Shown: in pieces, positions 36,930 to 49,102 of the stretch
Layout of the letters: each line of letters opens with the position of its first letter
Numbering within the stretch: the stretch's first letter is position 1
Assembly: GCF_036321535.1 (NCBI RefSeq)
Contig: NC_087436.1
Location: 114,020,001-114,084,000 of the forward strand
Reading direction: 5' to 3'
Length of the DNA stretch: 64,000 bases
Source of the DNA: Camelus dromedarius
Lineage: Eukaryota
Translations under genes and position numbers: made by a program
Notes under the pieces: generated by a model
Database searches by the model: none
Told to the model about the DNA's origin: nothing
Seen by the model: the letters and a program-made list of their open reading frames with translations, nothing else

Positions 36930-39659
36930 TGTCCAACTTAAACAATTCACAGCTGGGGAACCTGAGTCCCAGAGGGATCAAGTGTCTTGGTCCAAGTTCC
37001 CCCAGTGACCCCAGGGTAGGCGCAAAGCCAGGACCCCTGCCATCTGTTCATCTCTTGGGATTGTCTGTCATTCTAATACTTGTCTCCCCACAAATTCCGT
37101 ATGTCTGTATTTCTGGAGGAAATGTGAATGTCAGAGCCAAAGAAATATTCACAAAATGAAAAATAGAGATATAGTTAATATTTCAGAAAGAAATTCGATT
37201 GCTGAAGAAAAAAAAAAGTTGGCAAACAGGCTACCTCTGCCAATGAAATTACAGCTGTATTGTTCAAAATGCCATTTCCCTAACTGATGGATGTTTTTTC
37301 TACATAAAGTAAGTAGTAATTGTAAATGACACAGGAATGCAAAAGTCTTTTAAAAGCCTCCAATATACCTTTATTTACAACATAGGACTTTTTTTTCCCT
37401 AAAATGTAAGTTCTAAAATGATCTTAAATATCAATTTCTAAAATTAAATAGAAAAATAAAAGGTTATTCTTTCACTGAGGTCTTCAAGTTGGAAATCTTG
37501 GTTATTCTTAGAATGCAGAAACAAAGAATTTGAAGAATAATGTAAATTTTCCTAGCAGCTTGAAAACTCATTTTCTTTAAAAATGGCTGAGACTATTACC
37601 ACTTCAAGATAAAAATCCAATATAAAGGTGTCATTTTAAAAATAGTGATTATTAATGTGTGAAGAACAAGTCTATTTTACAAAAACTAAAATGAGTAGAA
37701 AATTTTCAGAAAAAGTTATTTTGCTCCCAGATTCCATTTATCAATATGTGTATTCAACAAAATCCCTTTAAATACCGGCTTTGGACTGGCCCTACTCTTA
37801 CTCTGGTTCTGAGCGCACATCAATGAATTAGACCAACAGAGCTTAAACTCTAAGTAATTCTTACAGATCCAGTCCCAGGAATTTGGAAAGTAGACACATG
37901 TTTCTTCCATACTGAAGGAAGGTTTATGGTAAATGTGACAGTAGTCTCCAACCTACTTAATTCTGCTCACAGAGAGAAAGGGTTCTAATACCAGCTAAAG
38001 GCACAGGCACTTCACAGAGAGCACTTTGTCATAGTCACAACCACTCGCTATGGCACATAATGTCTCTGTTTTACAGGTCTGGAAACTATGGTTCCAAAGC
38101 TCAAGTAACTAATCAGGATTAAATGGAGGTAGCAATAGACATTTAAAGAATGACAGAAGGTTTCTGGCTTGAGCAATAGGTCCTTCCATTTCATGATCAT
38201 GTTCAAGGGAAAAAAATGAATAAATGAATGAATGGACTTAAGAGATTCTTATTCTACAGCTATGCATTGCCCACCCATATGTGAGTTTTGTGTTCTACTT
38301 TAGAGGATAAATTCTTGTCCCTTAGTTCTGGAAAGAGACTTTCCATAGGGATATTAAGCATAAGGAATTTGGAAAGAAAAGATAAGCTTGTTGTACAGGT
38401 TTGATGAAGTGGCGAGGAGGCAGACAACCTGGGCACAGTCTCTATCTTATTTATAATTACAACCTCTGTGACCTGATTGAAGAGTTAATATCTTGGACTT
38501 CAAAGCCTTGTCTGTAAAATAAAAATAATGAAACAGGTCTTGTAATACAGTTGTGAGACAGAGAGAAAGAGAGAGAGGAAAAAAAAAAAAAAAAAACAGG
38601 TCGAATGCAAATGGTCTGAGGGACAGTTAGCATTTGGTTACCAGTCCCTCCCTTCACAGGTCCTGACCCGAGGTCACAGCAAGACCAGCAGAAACACTGA
38701 GTTGGCTCTGGGCTACCTGACCTGGAACAAGTTCCCGGGGGTGTGGGCTATGGAGAGAAGAAGCTGAGAGAATAGGATCTGGGTGGGCAAAGTCCACACG
38801 ACCCGCATTTTGGAAAAATACCACACGTGTCATGATTGAAATTTGGAGTCATCCTCTGCAGGTCTTCAAAGTCCAGCTGAGTCTAATTCCGTGAGGTTTC
38901 ACCCAGGAAGAGCAGATGGTCTTGATGTTTTCTCAAGGCCCCATAGCCCTTGGGCTCTGTGATAGAATCATCTCTAAAATAGCCAGCCTTTATTATTTTT
39001 CCCCAGGGCTTTCTTTTGTAAAGTTGGAGAGTGCATCTGACTGTTTACCTTCCACTGCCTCACAGTGGGGTTTATTTATAGAATAACCACATGACAGCCA
39101 GAAATACCTTCAGATCAGGAGGGACACCAACCATCTGTTCTTTGGATAACGTGCTTCAAGTGATTTCTCTGGGATTCTGGTACTTAACAAAATGTTGCCA
39201 CAGCATCATCCAATCTGTGTATTTATAGGAAGGAGAATGTGTGTACGTTACATATTTGGACTTGTTTCTTTCAGCAGGAGAAATATAGCCTCTGCCATAT
39301 GTTTTCTGCACACATAATTACCTTCCTGCTCCATACATCCAGTTCTAAACATTTCACTATTCATATAGCAGCAGGTTAGAATCTTCCCCTTGAGTCCAGA
39401 TACACTTAAACCCATCATCCTGGAACAGAAGCCCTTGGTGAGATGATCATTAATCAGATAATTACTAACTTTCAAGCTGACTCTCTAAATAAATATTTCC
39501 CATCTTGAGATATCTCCTGGAGCTAGGAGAGAAGGCCATGGTTCCCATGTGTTTCTAAGGCATGTGCCTTCACTCTCTCCTTGGTCCGCCCCCCACCTCC
39601 TGCTCCTTTTGTGTAAATTAAGAAACTGTTGATGGTAATGAAAATCATAATTGCGTTGA

Positions 39660-39845
39660 CTGAGCTTGCTCCTTATGCCATGCTGTGCTACACGTGTTAT
39701 GTGCATTATCTGATTTTACTTATCACAACAGCTTCCAGGGGTGTGACTCTTAATATTCCCATCTTACAGATGAGAAAAGTGAGGCTTAGGAGAGGTAAGT
39801 AGCTCACAAAGAACAGGGCTGGCATTCAAGCCCAGGTCTGTTTTT
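39660..39845 (-). mobile_element. MIR
   Basis: 'attcccatcttacagatgagaaaagtgaggcttaggagaggtaagtagc...ggcattcaagcccaggtctg'. Confidence 0.8.
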
Positions 39846-39869
39846 CTAAAGGGGATTTCATTTTGTTGA

Positions 39870-40489
39870 ATATTTTCAAGCAATATTTATTTAAAAGTCT
39901 TTGAAACATCAAACATTGCTTTAGACTCTGGGAAGACAGCATTCCATAGAAAAGGCCGAGTACCCTCTCTTAGAGGACTAGTAAGTCTGGTAGAAGAGGA
40001 CAGACAATAAACGAAGAAGAAAACATCAGTTAATCATAAAGGTTGTGATGGAAGCAACACAGAACAATACCCAGAAAGAGCCCTGTGGCCACTTCAACTT
40101 TAGGTTTGATGAAGTGAGCTGAGACCAGAATGAGAAGAGGGCAGGCAAGTGAAGCTCCTGGGGAAGAACATTCCAGGAAGAGGGAACAGCTCATGGTTGA
40201 GTGGGAACAAACTCACCCTCTTACAGGTTCAGATGGAAGCATGACGGAACCAGAGCCTCTATATAGGAGGAGATTCTGCATGGAAAGGAGTCCCAGAGGT
40301 AAACAAGGATGTGTCATTTGTGTGCTTGTAGACCAGGGTAGGGAGATTGAATTTTACTAAGGTGTTTAAGTGGCCATTCATGGGGATTTTTACACTCTGA
40401 TTTACATTTTCAGAAATTGGAATTGATTATAAGGTAGGGTGGAGTTTGTGAGAACAGAAGCAGGAAGAACCATTAAGATGCTATCACAG
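39870..40489 (-). mobile_element. L2 fragment, interrupted at 40490 by an LTR; further L2 sequence at about 40990-41240
   Basis: 'gagctgagaccagaatgagaagagg...ggaagaacattccaggaagagggaacagc', 'gagattgaattttact', 'gaagcaggaagaaccattaagatgctatcacag'. Confidence 0.75.
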
Positions 40490-40985
40490 TGTTATTGAGT
40501 CCAAGACCACACTGCTGGCTACATGGCAGGCCAATAAATAGAGACATGAGTTGTTGGGACAAGGAACAGTGACTTTATTTGGAAGGCCAGTGAACCAAGA
40601 AGATGGTGGACAAGTGTCCTAAAAAACCGCCTTACCTGAGTTAGAATTCAGGCTTCATTCATACTAAAAGGAAAGAGGGTATGGTTGGTTGTTGCAAATT
40701 TCTTGGTGCTGGAATCCTTTGTCCTTGTAGATCTGGTCACAATGTTCCTATAAACCTCCAACAAGACAAATATTATTCTCTGTTTATTTCTGTATGAATG
40801 GAAACGTGTTATGCCTTTAAAGGTCAGAGCCTTGAGAATGGGCTGTTGTGTATATTTCAGGCTATAGGCAAAATCCTTTTACAAAAGGTACAGAGCTAGC
40901 ATGACTAAGCACAGGCAACAGATCACAAAGGTTAGAACTAAAGGAATAGATTCAATACGGAGTCAGGTTTGTTATTCTCTGTAAA
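40490..40985 (-). mobile_element. ERV1-class solo LTR (resembles cetartiodactyl MER41-like LTR), 4-bp TSD acag
   Basis: Starts 'tgttattgagtccaag'; minus-strand AATAAA at 40574-40579; flanked by acag at 40486-40489 and 40986-40989. Family name from memory. Confidence 0.75.
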
Positions 40986-42824
40986 ACAGCAACATCAGGC
41001 CAGTGGAAGGAGTGTTACTTCTGCCTGGGTGGGGAGTGCCCAGGCAGGGGACAGAGCGTGCTTCTCATTTGAGTTCTATGTTGAAAGATAAACAAAATCT
41101 CATCAAGCAGGAAAGGAGGAAGGATATTCTAGTTAGGGGGAACAGAGATTGCAAATTTACAGAGGTTTCTAAGCACAGACTATGTTAGGGAAACAGTGAA
41201 TGTTTATATCCAGACTACGGTGGGACTGAAAATGTTTGGAACAGACAACAGGGGCCTTGAGCAAATGTATTCTTATCTCTTATGGTGTCCCTCACTATAT
41301 GAATGAGCAAAATCAGAATCTGCATTTCAGCAAGACTCCCAGGTGGAGTTGCATGAATATTTGATTCTGAGAGATACTAGTCTAGATAACATGTTATTGC
41401 CCACAATAAGTCATGCCTAAGAAAGCAGAGAGGACTCTTTTTTTTATTTTGAAACTACAGAAACACACAGCCGGGGCCTGGATGCACAGTGCTGTGTCAG
41501 GGCACAGGTAGGCACTGAATTCTTCTGATTACTGGTTCAAGCTGTGCTTCAGACACAGAATTGTAGGCAAAGAAGTGTTCTCAGGGCCCTTCTTTGTTTG
41601 TGTTTACCTATGAAGGTATTTCTTTAAATAGATACAAAGACAATTTTGGAAGATTCAGCTAATAAATAAATGAATTTCTCTGAAGAAAAAATATAAAAAT
41701 TCCCCTTGATTGTCATCAGAAGAACTTAAAGTGCACTGGAAAACAAAGGAGAGATTTATTTAAAAAAAAAAAAAGTGAGAAACTGTCTAACTCACTTTAT
41801 GGCTGTGATAAATGTCCCATAAGTTATCTATCTGTATGGAGTTTTAGTCATACTTTTGTGCATTTGAGGAATCTGCTGTTTTATTATGTTATGTTATTGA
41901 TATACAAATGGGAGTTCCTTTTTCTTATGCTTTTTTTCATAACAATTATTATCTTTTAATGCACTATATTATCTTTTAAATTTACCTTTGGGGTCTGAAT
42001 ATTTAGAATGTGATCTTGGTTCAAGGTGGGACTCCAATTTGAGGAGCTGGGTCAGTGGGAGAAAAGTAAAAAACAAAAGCAGAAACAAAAACAAATCTAA
42101 AATGTTAAATTACTGTTCAGTGTATGTGACATGTGTCTTTGACTCTCATGCAACTTTTTTTATTTCAATTCTGTATGGCATGTCACTGTGTCTTAAATCT
42201 CTGCAAGAGAAAAAAATCAATTAGCTTCGTAGAGCTGGTAATTCTACACTATATTCTTCAACAAGGGAGATGACAGAGAAAGAGCAATTTAGGCTGATAG
42301 CTACATCAACCACAGTACAGTTGATTAAAATTTAACAGTTTTTCTGATGAATGTCCTAGCTCCGATTTGGAAAAACACTGACGGATTTAATTTTCCACTG
42401 ACTAAATAATCATTTTATAAGCCATGTATAATTCATGTAATGGCAATGTTATGGGCTTGTTAAAAATGACTACTTCTAAACATTAACACTCTCTAGCAAG
42501 TAGAGACTTGCAAAGGATTATTATTGGAATTAGTTGGCACCTATTAACTAGAATGAGTTTTTGCCTTCTGAATCTTTAATATGAAACAAGTTTAGCCTAT
42601 TAGGATAAGAAACCACCCCCCCCACCACCACCACCACCACTGGCAAAAACCCCAAATAGTGTTTGGGATAAAATTGAATTTGTTTGGCTCTAATGCTGTT
42701 TATCAGCCAAATAACAATGAATAAGATTTTCAGCTTTTCTAAGTTCATTTTTTTTTAACCAGGAAAATGGTCAGAGTTGTGCTTACTAAGCAGAGGTATT
42801 GGGTGAAGTAAGTGAAGCAATTTT

Positions 42825-43115
42825 TTTCAAATGACTTTAGTGGTATTTTTTACAGAAATAGAAAAAAACAAAAAACTTCATATGGAACTACAAAAGACCC
42901 AAGAGAGCAATAGAATTTTGAACAACAAGAACAAAGTGAGAGGAAATATGATTTCAAAATGTATAACAAAGCTACAGTAATCTAAACAGCATGGTACTGG
43001 CATAAAACAGACACATTCACCAATATTGTGGACCAGAATAGAGAGAGCCCAGAAACAAACCCACACATATATGGTCAACAGATCTTCAGTGAGGGCTCCA
43101 AGAATATACAATGCA
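42825..43115 (+). mobile_element. L1 ORF2 internal fragment
   Basis: 'tttttacagaaatagaaaaaa...ttcatatggaac...aaagctacagtaatctaaacagcatggtactggcataaaacagacac...ccagaaacaaacccacacatatatggtcaa'. Confidence 0.85.
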
Positions 43116-43474
43116 CAATACACAAGCACAATTTACTTTATAAAATATATTGATCAGTACATATGTAAGACTTTAAGGGAGCTACCTTTTTGGTTTTTTT
43201 AATCTTAAAGTTTAAAACTTTTCTTTCCTTCCTAGAGAATAATATGGGTTCTAGTTTAGCTGGATCCATAAAACTGATAACTAGATAATTCAAGTCTGTG
43301 TTAAAAATCAGTTAGCCTAGAGGATCCTCTATTTTTTCTTCCAAAACACCAGGGTATAAAGAAAAATACACTGAATCAACTCTTAGCATGTCAGATAATA
43401 CAACTGAATTGCTTAATTGGAATTTTCATCTATCACATCATCTTTTTGGTATCATGCAACTATTTGATTTGTTC

Positions 43475-43617
43475 CCTTGCCTTTTCCCTTTCTTACTTTC
43501 TTCCTTTTTGCTTATTTACTTCATTTTTTCTTCCTTTTTTTCCCTCCCTCCTTTCTCTTCTTTCTTTCTTTTATTCCTTTCTTTCTTCTTCTTTTTCTTT
43601 CTTTCCTTCTTTCTTTC

Positions 43618-43692
<75 letters not shown>

Positions 43693-43783
43693 TACGCAGC
43701 GCTCGACTGTTCTTTCTTCCCTCCCTTCCTTCCTTCCTTTCTTCTTTTCTTCCTTCCTTCCTTTCTTTCATTTTTCTTTTCTT
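43475..43783. repeat. About 300-bp polypyrimidine tract with a perfect (TTTC)n core at about 43620-43693
   Basis: Directly visible. Confidence 0.95.
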
Positions 43784-44420
43784 GGTACCAAGCCAGGGCT
43801 TGGGATACGAAGTTGAATAACACACAAGGTTCTAGGAGCTCTCAGTCAGGGGGAAATATACATTTCAAACACAATTCCATGAGGTAAGTGCTACAAGAGC
43901 ACAGAGGAAAAAGTGATTTCCTCTTTCTTTTATATTCAAGGAAGTCTACCCAGAAGAAGTGACCTTCAGTTGGACATTTCAAGATAATAGTTCTGCATAT
44001 TCAAAGAATGGAGAATAGTATCTTGTGCAGAGAGAGCAATACACAAAGGAAATGAATTAAAATCTTCATGCTGCTGCAGCAAAATGCAAATGCTTACTGC
44101 AACTTTTCTCATTATTGCACATTGAAGGAGCACTGCCAAGTATCAAGAACTATTCCAGAGGAACAAAAGGGAAAACTCAGACCTTATCCTTGCCCTGGAG
44201 TTCATGACTGAGAAAGACAGAAAGTTACACCTTCACATATGCTACAGAATGAAAACTACAATCTAAAGGTGTGCGTGAGTTGCCATGGAAACATGGAGAC
44301 ACTGAGGGACTAACTCTGCCTGGAGAAGGGAGAGAAAATTATGCAGAGAGAATGACCCTTAAACTATGAGTTCATCAGGAAGGGAAGAAGTAAGTGGTGG
44401 CATTCCAAGCAGTTGGAGCA
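43784..44420 (-). mobile_element. Two consecutive L2 fragments
   Basis: 'taagtgctacaagagcacagagg...ggaagtctacccagaagaagtgacc' and 'tccttgccctggagttca...gagggactaactctgcctgg...ggcattccaagcag'. Confidence 0.6.
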
Positions 44421-44444
44421 TTTTGTGGCATCAAGCTTGGAGTT

Positions 44445-44591
44445 GGGGCAGTCCATGACTTTATAAGAAATTGTTCAAAAATTGAGAATGTCAAATAGTG
44501 CCAGCAGAGCATTAAACCAAGGTCAAGGCTCTTCTAAGTGTGGAGACCTTTGTGATTGCACAGGCTGCACACCACAGAAATTGCCTTGCCT
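44445..44591 (-). mobile_element. MER45A-like hAT (Tip100) element
   Basis: 'ttgttcaaaaatt...cagcagagcattaaaccaag...cttctaagtgtgg...tgtgattgcacaggctgcacacc'. Confidence 0.7.
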
Positions 44592-45719
44592 AGGGAGGAA
44601 TGTACATAAAATTTACCACTGCTCTATTCACGTCCTCAGACTTCTTTGTCCAAATCTACCCCAAGTTCATTGAAACTGACTCCAGGTTGTTACTTTTCTG
44701 TATGATGAAACTCTCATTTTGGAAAACATTCAACCAAACTATTCTTTATTGTAACAAAACCAGTCTTGGTAAACCCCACTGAAACTCACTGCAATAAACA
44801 ACAAAGAAACGCAAAAGAAAGTGAGATGGACCACAGAGAATTCAAAAGAAACCAAGAGGGTGAAAACCCAACCTGAGTAACTCTTGTCACTCAGAGCAAT
44901 TGTCTAACATCAGAGGAGTTGAATGACTCCTCTAGTCCCAGATTCACTCACAATAATTGAAAAACCCTTTAGACTTTCCTGAAATCATTGCACTTTTCCC
45001 CAAAAACATGGTTTGAAAGTAGAATGCAAGATAAACAGAAATACCATGAAAAATTGTCGGGGGATTAGAAACATAAAACCTTTTATGTTTCAGAAATAAA
45101 GGCCATAAAAACAAAATACCTATATTTACCTGTTCCTGTGGATGATAATGAGATATTTTTAGAAGAGAAAAAGCTTATATGGCATATGTGCACTGCCTTG
45201 TTTTGATCAGGTTAGATTACAATGTAATGACTAACCAACTTCAGGTTTTATGATTAAACAAAACTTATTTATGTGTGTGTTCTCCTTACTGCTCTGCAGA
45301 ATTTCTGCTTCATAGCTTTGAATATGGACTCAGCACCCATATATCTAAAATGTAGAAAAGCCAGGTCACTTTTTCAAGGGATAAAGTGCATCAATTTAAA
45401 AAATTTGGCAAGACAAAGCAGTCTCCGGGTTGTCAGAAGGGGTTGCAGACTTCCCATTCCACTGCTTGGGAGACGTGCTTGTGAGCTAAGTCACAAAACG
45501 TCTGCCTGGGCCTCAGCTTCTCCTTGGCCCTGCACAGTTCTCACTTTATGTCCTGTGTTCCTCTCAGCATGTCTACTGGTGTCTGCTGCACACCCCTGGG
45601 CCTACTCCAAGTCCTGTGCAAGTTCTTGGGAATCAGGCAGCATCCTGAGCTTTCCATTCAATGGTACTTGGATGCAAAGTAGGAGTTGACAAGGTGGTAG
45701 TTATGTTATCATAGCAATG

Positions 45720-45975
45720 ATTAATAATAATTTACTGAATATTCACATGTCTGCTACAGAGTTTAGCACTTCACATAGATTACACATTTTATGTTTCATT
45801 TACTGGCCACAATGCTACAAGATAAGTACTCTTTTTAGCCTCATTTTTAATAAGGAAACGGAGGTCCAGAGAACCCTTTCCCAAGGTCACTCAGCTGATC
45901 TTTTTTGGTTTGTGCCTGAACCAGGATTGAAACCCAGCTAGTAAAACTATAAAGCTTGTATTACCAGCCACTGGG
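45720..45975 (-). mobile_element. MIR
   Basis: 'taataatttactgaa...tttagcacttcacata...aaggaaacggaggtccagaga...ccaaggtcactcagct...ccaggattgaaacccag'. Confidence 0.75.
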
Positions 45976-46117
45976 CCAGGGGTACTCAGACTTCGATCAG
46001 TTTTGTGCCACAATTAAAGCTGGTGGTCTTCAAAAAAAATCTATTCATCTATTCATTCAAGTGAGATCTTTCCTAAAGCATTAAAGTAAACATTAACTTC
46101 TTAAAACACAAATTCTT

Positions 46118-46242
46118 TTTTTTAACATTTTTTATTGATTTATAATCATTTTACAATGTGTCAAATTCCAGTGTTCAGCACAATTTTTCAGTCATTCATC
46201 GACATATACACACTCATTGTCACATTTTTTTCTCTGTGAGTT
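46118..46242 (-). mobile_element. 3' tail of the young L1 family, possible 6-bp TSD attctt
   Basis: Reverse complement matches about 60895-61020; attctt at 46112-46117 and 46243-46248. Confidence 0.85.
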
Positions 46243-49057
46243 ATTCTTGATCCACATACTCTGTAAGATCATCTTGCAGACCACCTGGATTCATTTGACA
46301 AACATTTACTAGGTCTTGGTGGTGGGCCAGGCGTGGGAACTCAGGAAGGGAATAACCTTTGGAGAAAGAGGTGACTATCAAAGAACAGAAGATTCTGCCA
46401 ACATCCCACAGGAAGTCCCATGGGACAGTCACTCTGGGAGAGCACAGCTGGGTCACGTGCAGACAGGCTTGACGGAGACTGAGGAAATGCCATCCCGGTC
46501 AGTTTCATGACGGGGTGGGGGCTTTCATGACAAGGCACCAAAAATCAAGAGCAGGATTCCATGCCAGTGTCAGTAGACCCCAGCTGAGAGAAGGCAGGGT
46601 CCTGTGCTCTGCTCACCAGTGGACGTAGGACTCTGGAGTCCCTCTTAACTATCCCTTCTGGTAGCTGGATGGGTAGCAGGCACCAAAATGAAGCTCAGTT
46701 TTCCTGAAAAATATCCAAAGGACATAACAGTGTAAAAAGGCTTAGGGTCCTCAACACTTAGAGCAAAAATGAAACCCATTCTCTATCCTTCAGTAACCAC
46801 AACCGCCAGGAAGCACAGAGATGAACATGAGCAAGGACCTAAGGGAGTCCCAATGGAACAGAAGTCCCCAGAGGGCAGGGAATTCTGTCCACTGTATCTC
46901 AGTGCTTGGAACAGATCATGCCATTGGAGGATAGATGTTCAATAACTATCTGCTGAATTAATGGATAAATTAGAACAGATGCATGCCTTCCTTTGGGACG
47001 GAAAGTTGGAGAGGTAAACGAGGGATATGGGTAAGAACTTCATTAACATACGATAAAGTCTTTCATGCTAAAACGTCCAGACTTTTCCTGTAGACCCTGA
47101 AGAGGTATCTGTATCCTAAGGATGTGACATCCGATCTGATTTTCTGCTCGTGCAAATTGCTGCACTTTCGCAGCATAGTCATTCCTCATCCACCAAAGTC
47201 CCACTCCCATCAAAATAACTGAAATTTATTGGGGGTTTACTGATCTGAATAAGACACATATATAATTATTTTAATGTTTAAACTAGGACTTCTGTAAAGT
47301 TGAAAAAGCCCTAGATTAAATGAAGACTTTTTCTTACAACAACCCAAGAAGTAGATGCTATAGTATCCTGACTTTACAGAAGAGAAATTTAATTTTACAA
47401 AATATTTTCAAAGCATACAGCTAAGTGAATGACAGGCGCAAAAAATTCAAACCCAGGCAGCCTGTACTCTTAGCCTCTGGGCTTTATTGCTCTTTCTATG
47501 CGATGGAAGACAAGTCCATAGCAAGACTGCAAGGTTGGTGCCACTGACCTTTGGGAACTCATCCTCTCTTCTCTGTCACTTTTTGTCCATTTCAGCCCTT
47601 AATATATTTTATCACACTCGGTGCTTTGTCTAGAAACAGCCCCATCAACCTACTCTTATTTCCAAATATAGAGATGTTCTATTTATCAAAGCATGCATTT
47701 CTCTTGGTTATGATTCCCCAGGTTAACTGCCAGGTATCATTTGATGAGTAGGAAGAAAATGAATCATTTGTTTGTTTTTAGATTAACAATTTCTATCCCT
47801 TCTTCCTCCTCCTGTCCCGAGCCCTGCATCAGTAAGATAGAAACAGCATGGGCAAAATAAACTAGGACTCCGCAGTCAGACCCAGTCACCTGGAGCCAGG
47901 TTCAGGTCCACCGGACCCCACGCTGATGACTTTCTCTTGTGCTCCTCCACGTGACTTCTCATTCATACCTGATACTCAGCTCTGGCCTTGTTCATCCTGT
48001 GACTTGGGGACCATCCCAGAGATCTGTTTACCTCTCTTGGTTTTTCAACTAAGAAAATGGCTCTCCTCTCTGGCTCTGATCTCTACTCCTGGCACCTGTT
48101 AAGTTGAACAATTAGGCTTGAGGCCTTCAGTCTCCCCAGGAGTTGATACATACAGGCCCCACTACCTGGTTTCCTTCATGAGTCAACCAGCTTTAATTAG
48201 GTGAGAACACATCTAACGCATTCTCCCTTGCTCGGGTTTTATGAGTCTATTTACCAAGGGACACTTTTAAGAAAGGTTACCAATTTGTCACTTCATTATT
48301 TGGATAATCAGAAGCAGCAATGAGTCAATGAAAAGGTCACTGAAATTGAAATCAAAAGAACTAAATTTGAATCTCCGCTTTATTACATCAGGTCCCTTAG
48401 ATGCAATCATCTCATCTATGTAAACAATAATAAAGCCTGATTCACTAATATTTTAAGCCTTCAGGAAGGTAATACACATGAAAGTGTGTGTTAAGTATTA
48501 CAGGCTACAAAAATGTCAAATGTGTTTTCAGTATTTCCTGCTTCCTCTTGTGTTGATAATATTTTCCAGACACCATTTGAACCACAAGAGCAGATCGATT
48601 CAAATCAACACGTAATTCTTGGTCACCCAGTTCTATGCAGGGTGCTGTGTTAGGTGCTGGGTACAAAGGTAACTGGGCACACCTGGAGTGTACAGTTTGA
48701 TCAGCACTACAGAGAAGTCAAATAACCCAGATTAAGATTTGTAATGTACCAAGCTATGCCTGGAGGTTAGTGAAGATTCATTTGTCACCTGGAAAAGCAA
48801 GTTAGGCATGAGTATCTCTAAGTAAAAATCTTTTAAATCTGTGTAAACCACCTTTAAAGGAAAGTGCTTCCCTCTGATGACTGGTATCATTTCATGAAAC
48901 AGATCTGATTTACAGGGAGCCCTCTAGAGGTCAGTCAACATTGTTGCCTGCATTTTCTTGTAGGGGTCCTCAGGTCTTGCTTTAGCTAATATCTAATTTC
49001 CAGATGTGGACTGCTGAATCTCCGAAAATGTAGCATTCAATGTCAGTTTAAAAAAAA

Positions 49058-49062
<5 letters not shown>

Positions 49063-49098
<36 letters not shown>
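49063..49098. repeat. (TA)18 microsatellite
   Basis: Directly visible. Confidence 0.95.

Positions 49099-49102
<4 letters not shown>

Noticed and set aside
43388..43887. Four overlapping ORFs of 84-142 aa
   Set aside because: Translations of the (TTTC)n microsatellite.
44873..44894. Small hairpin (ctgagtaac...gtcactcag); similar short stems at about 32055 and 55503
   Set aside because: Stems of 8-9 bp are too short for a pre-miRNA and are expected by chance.
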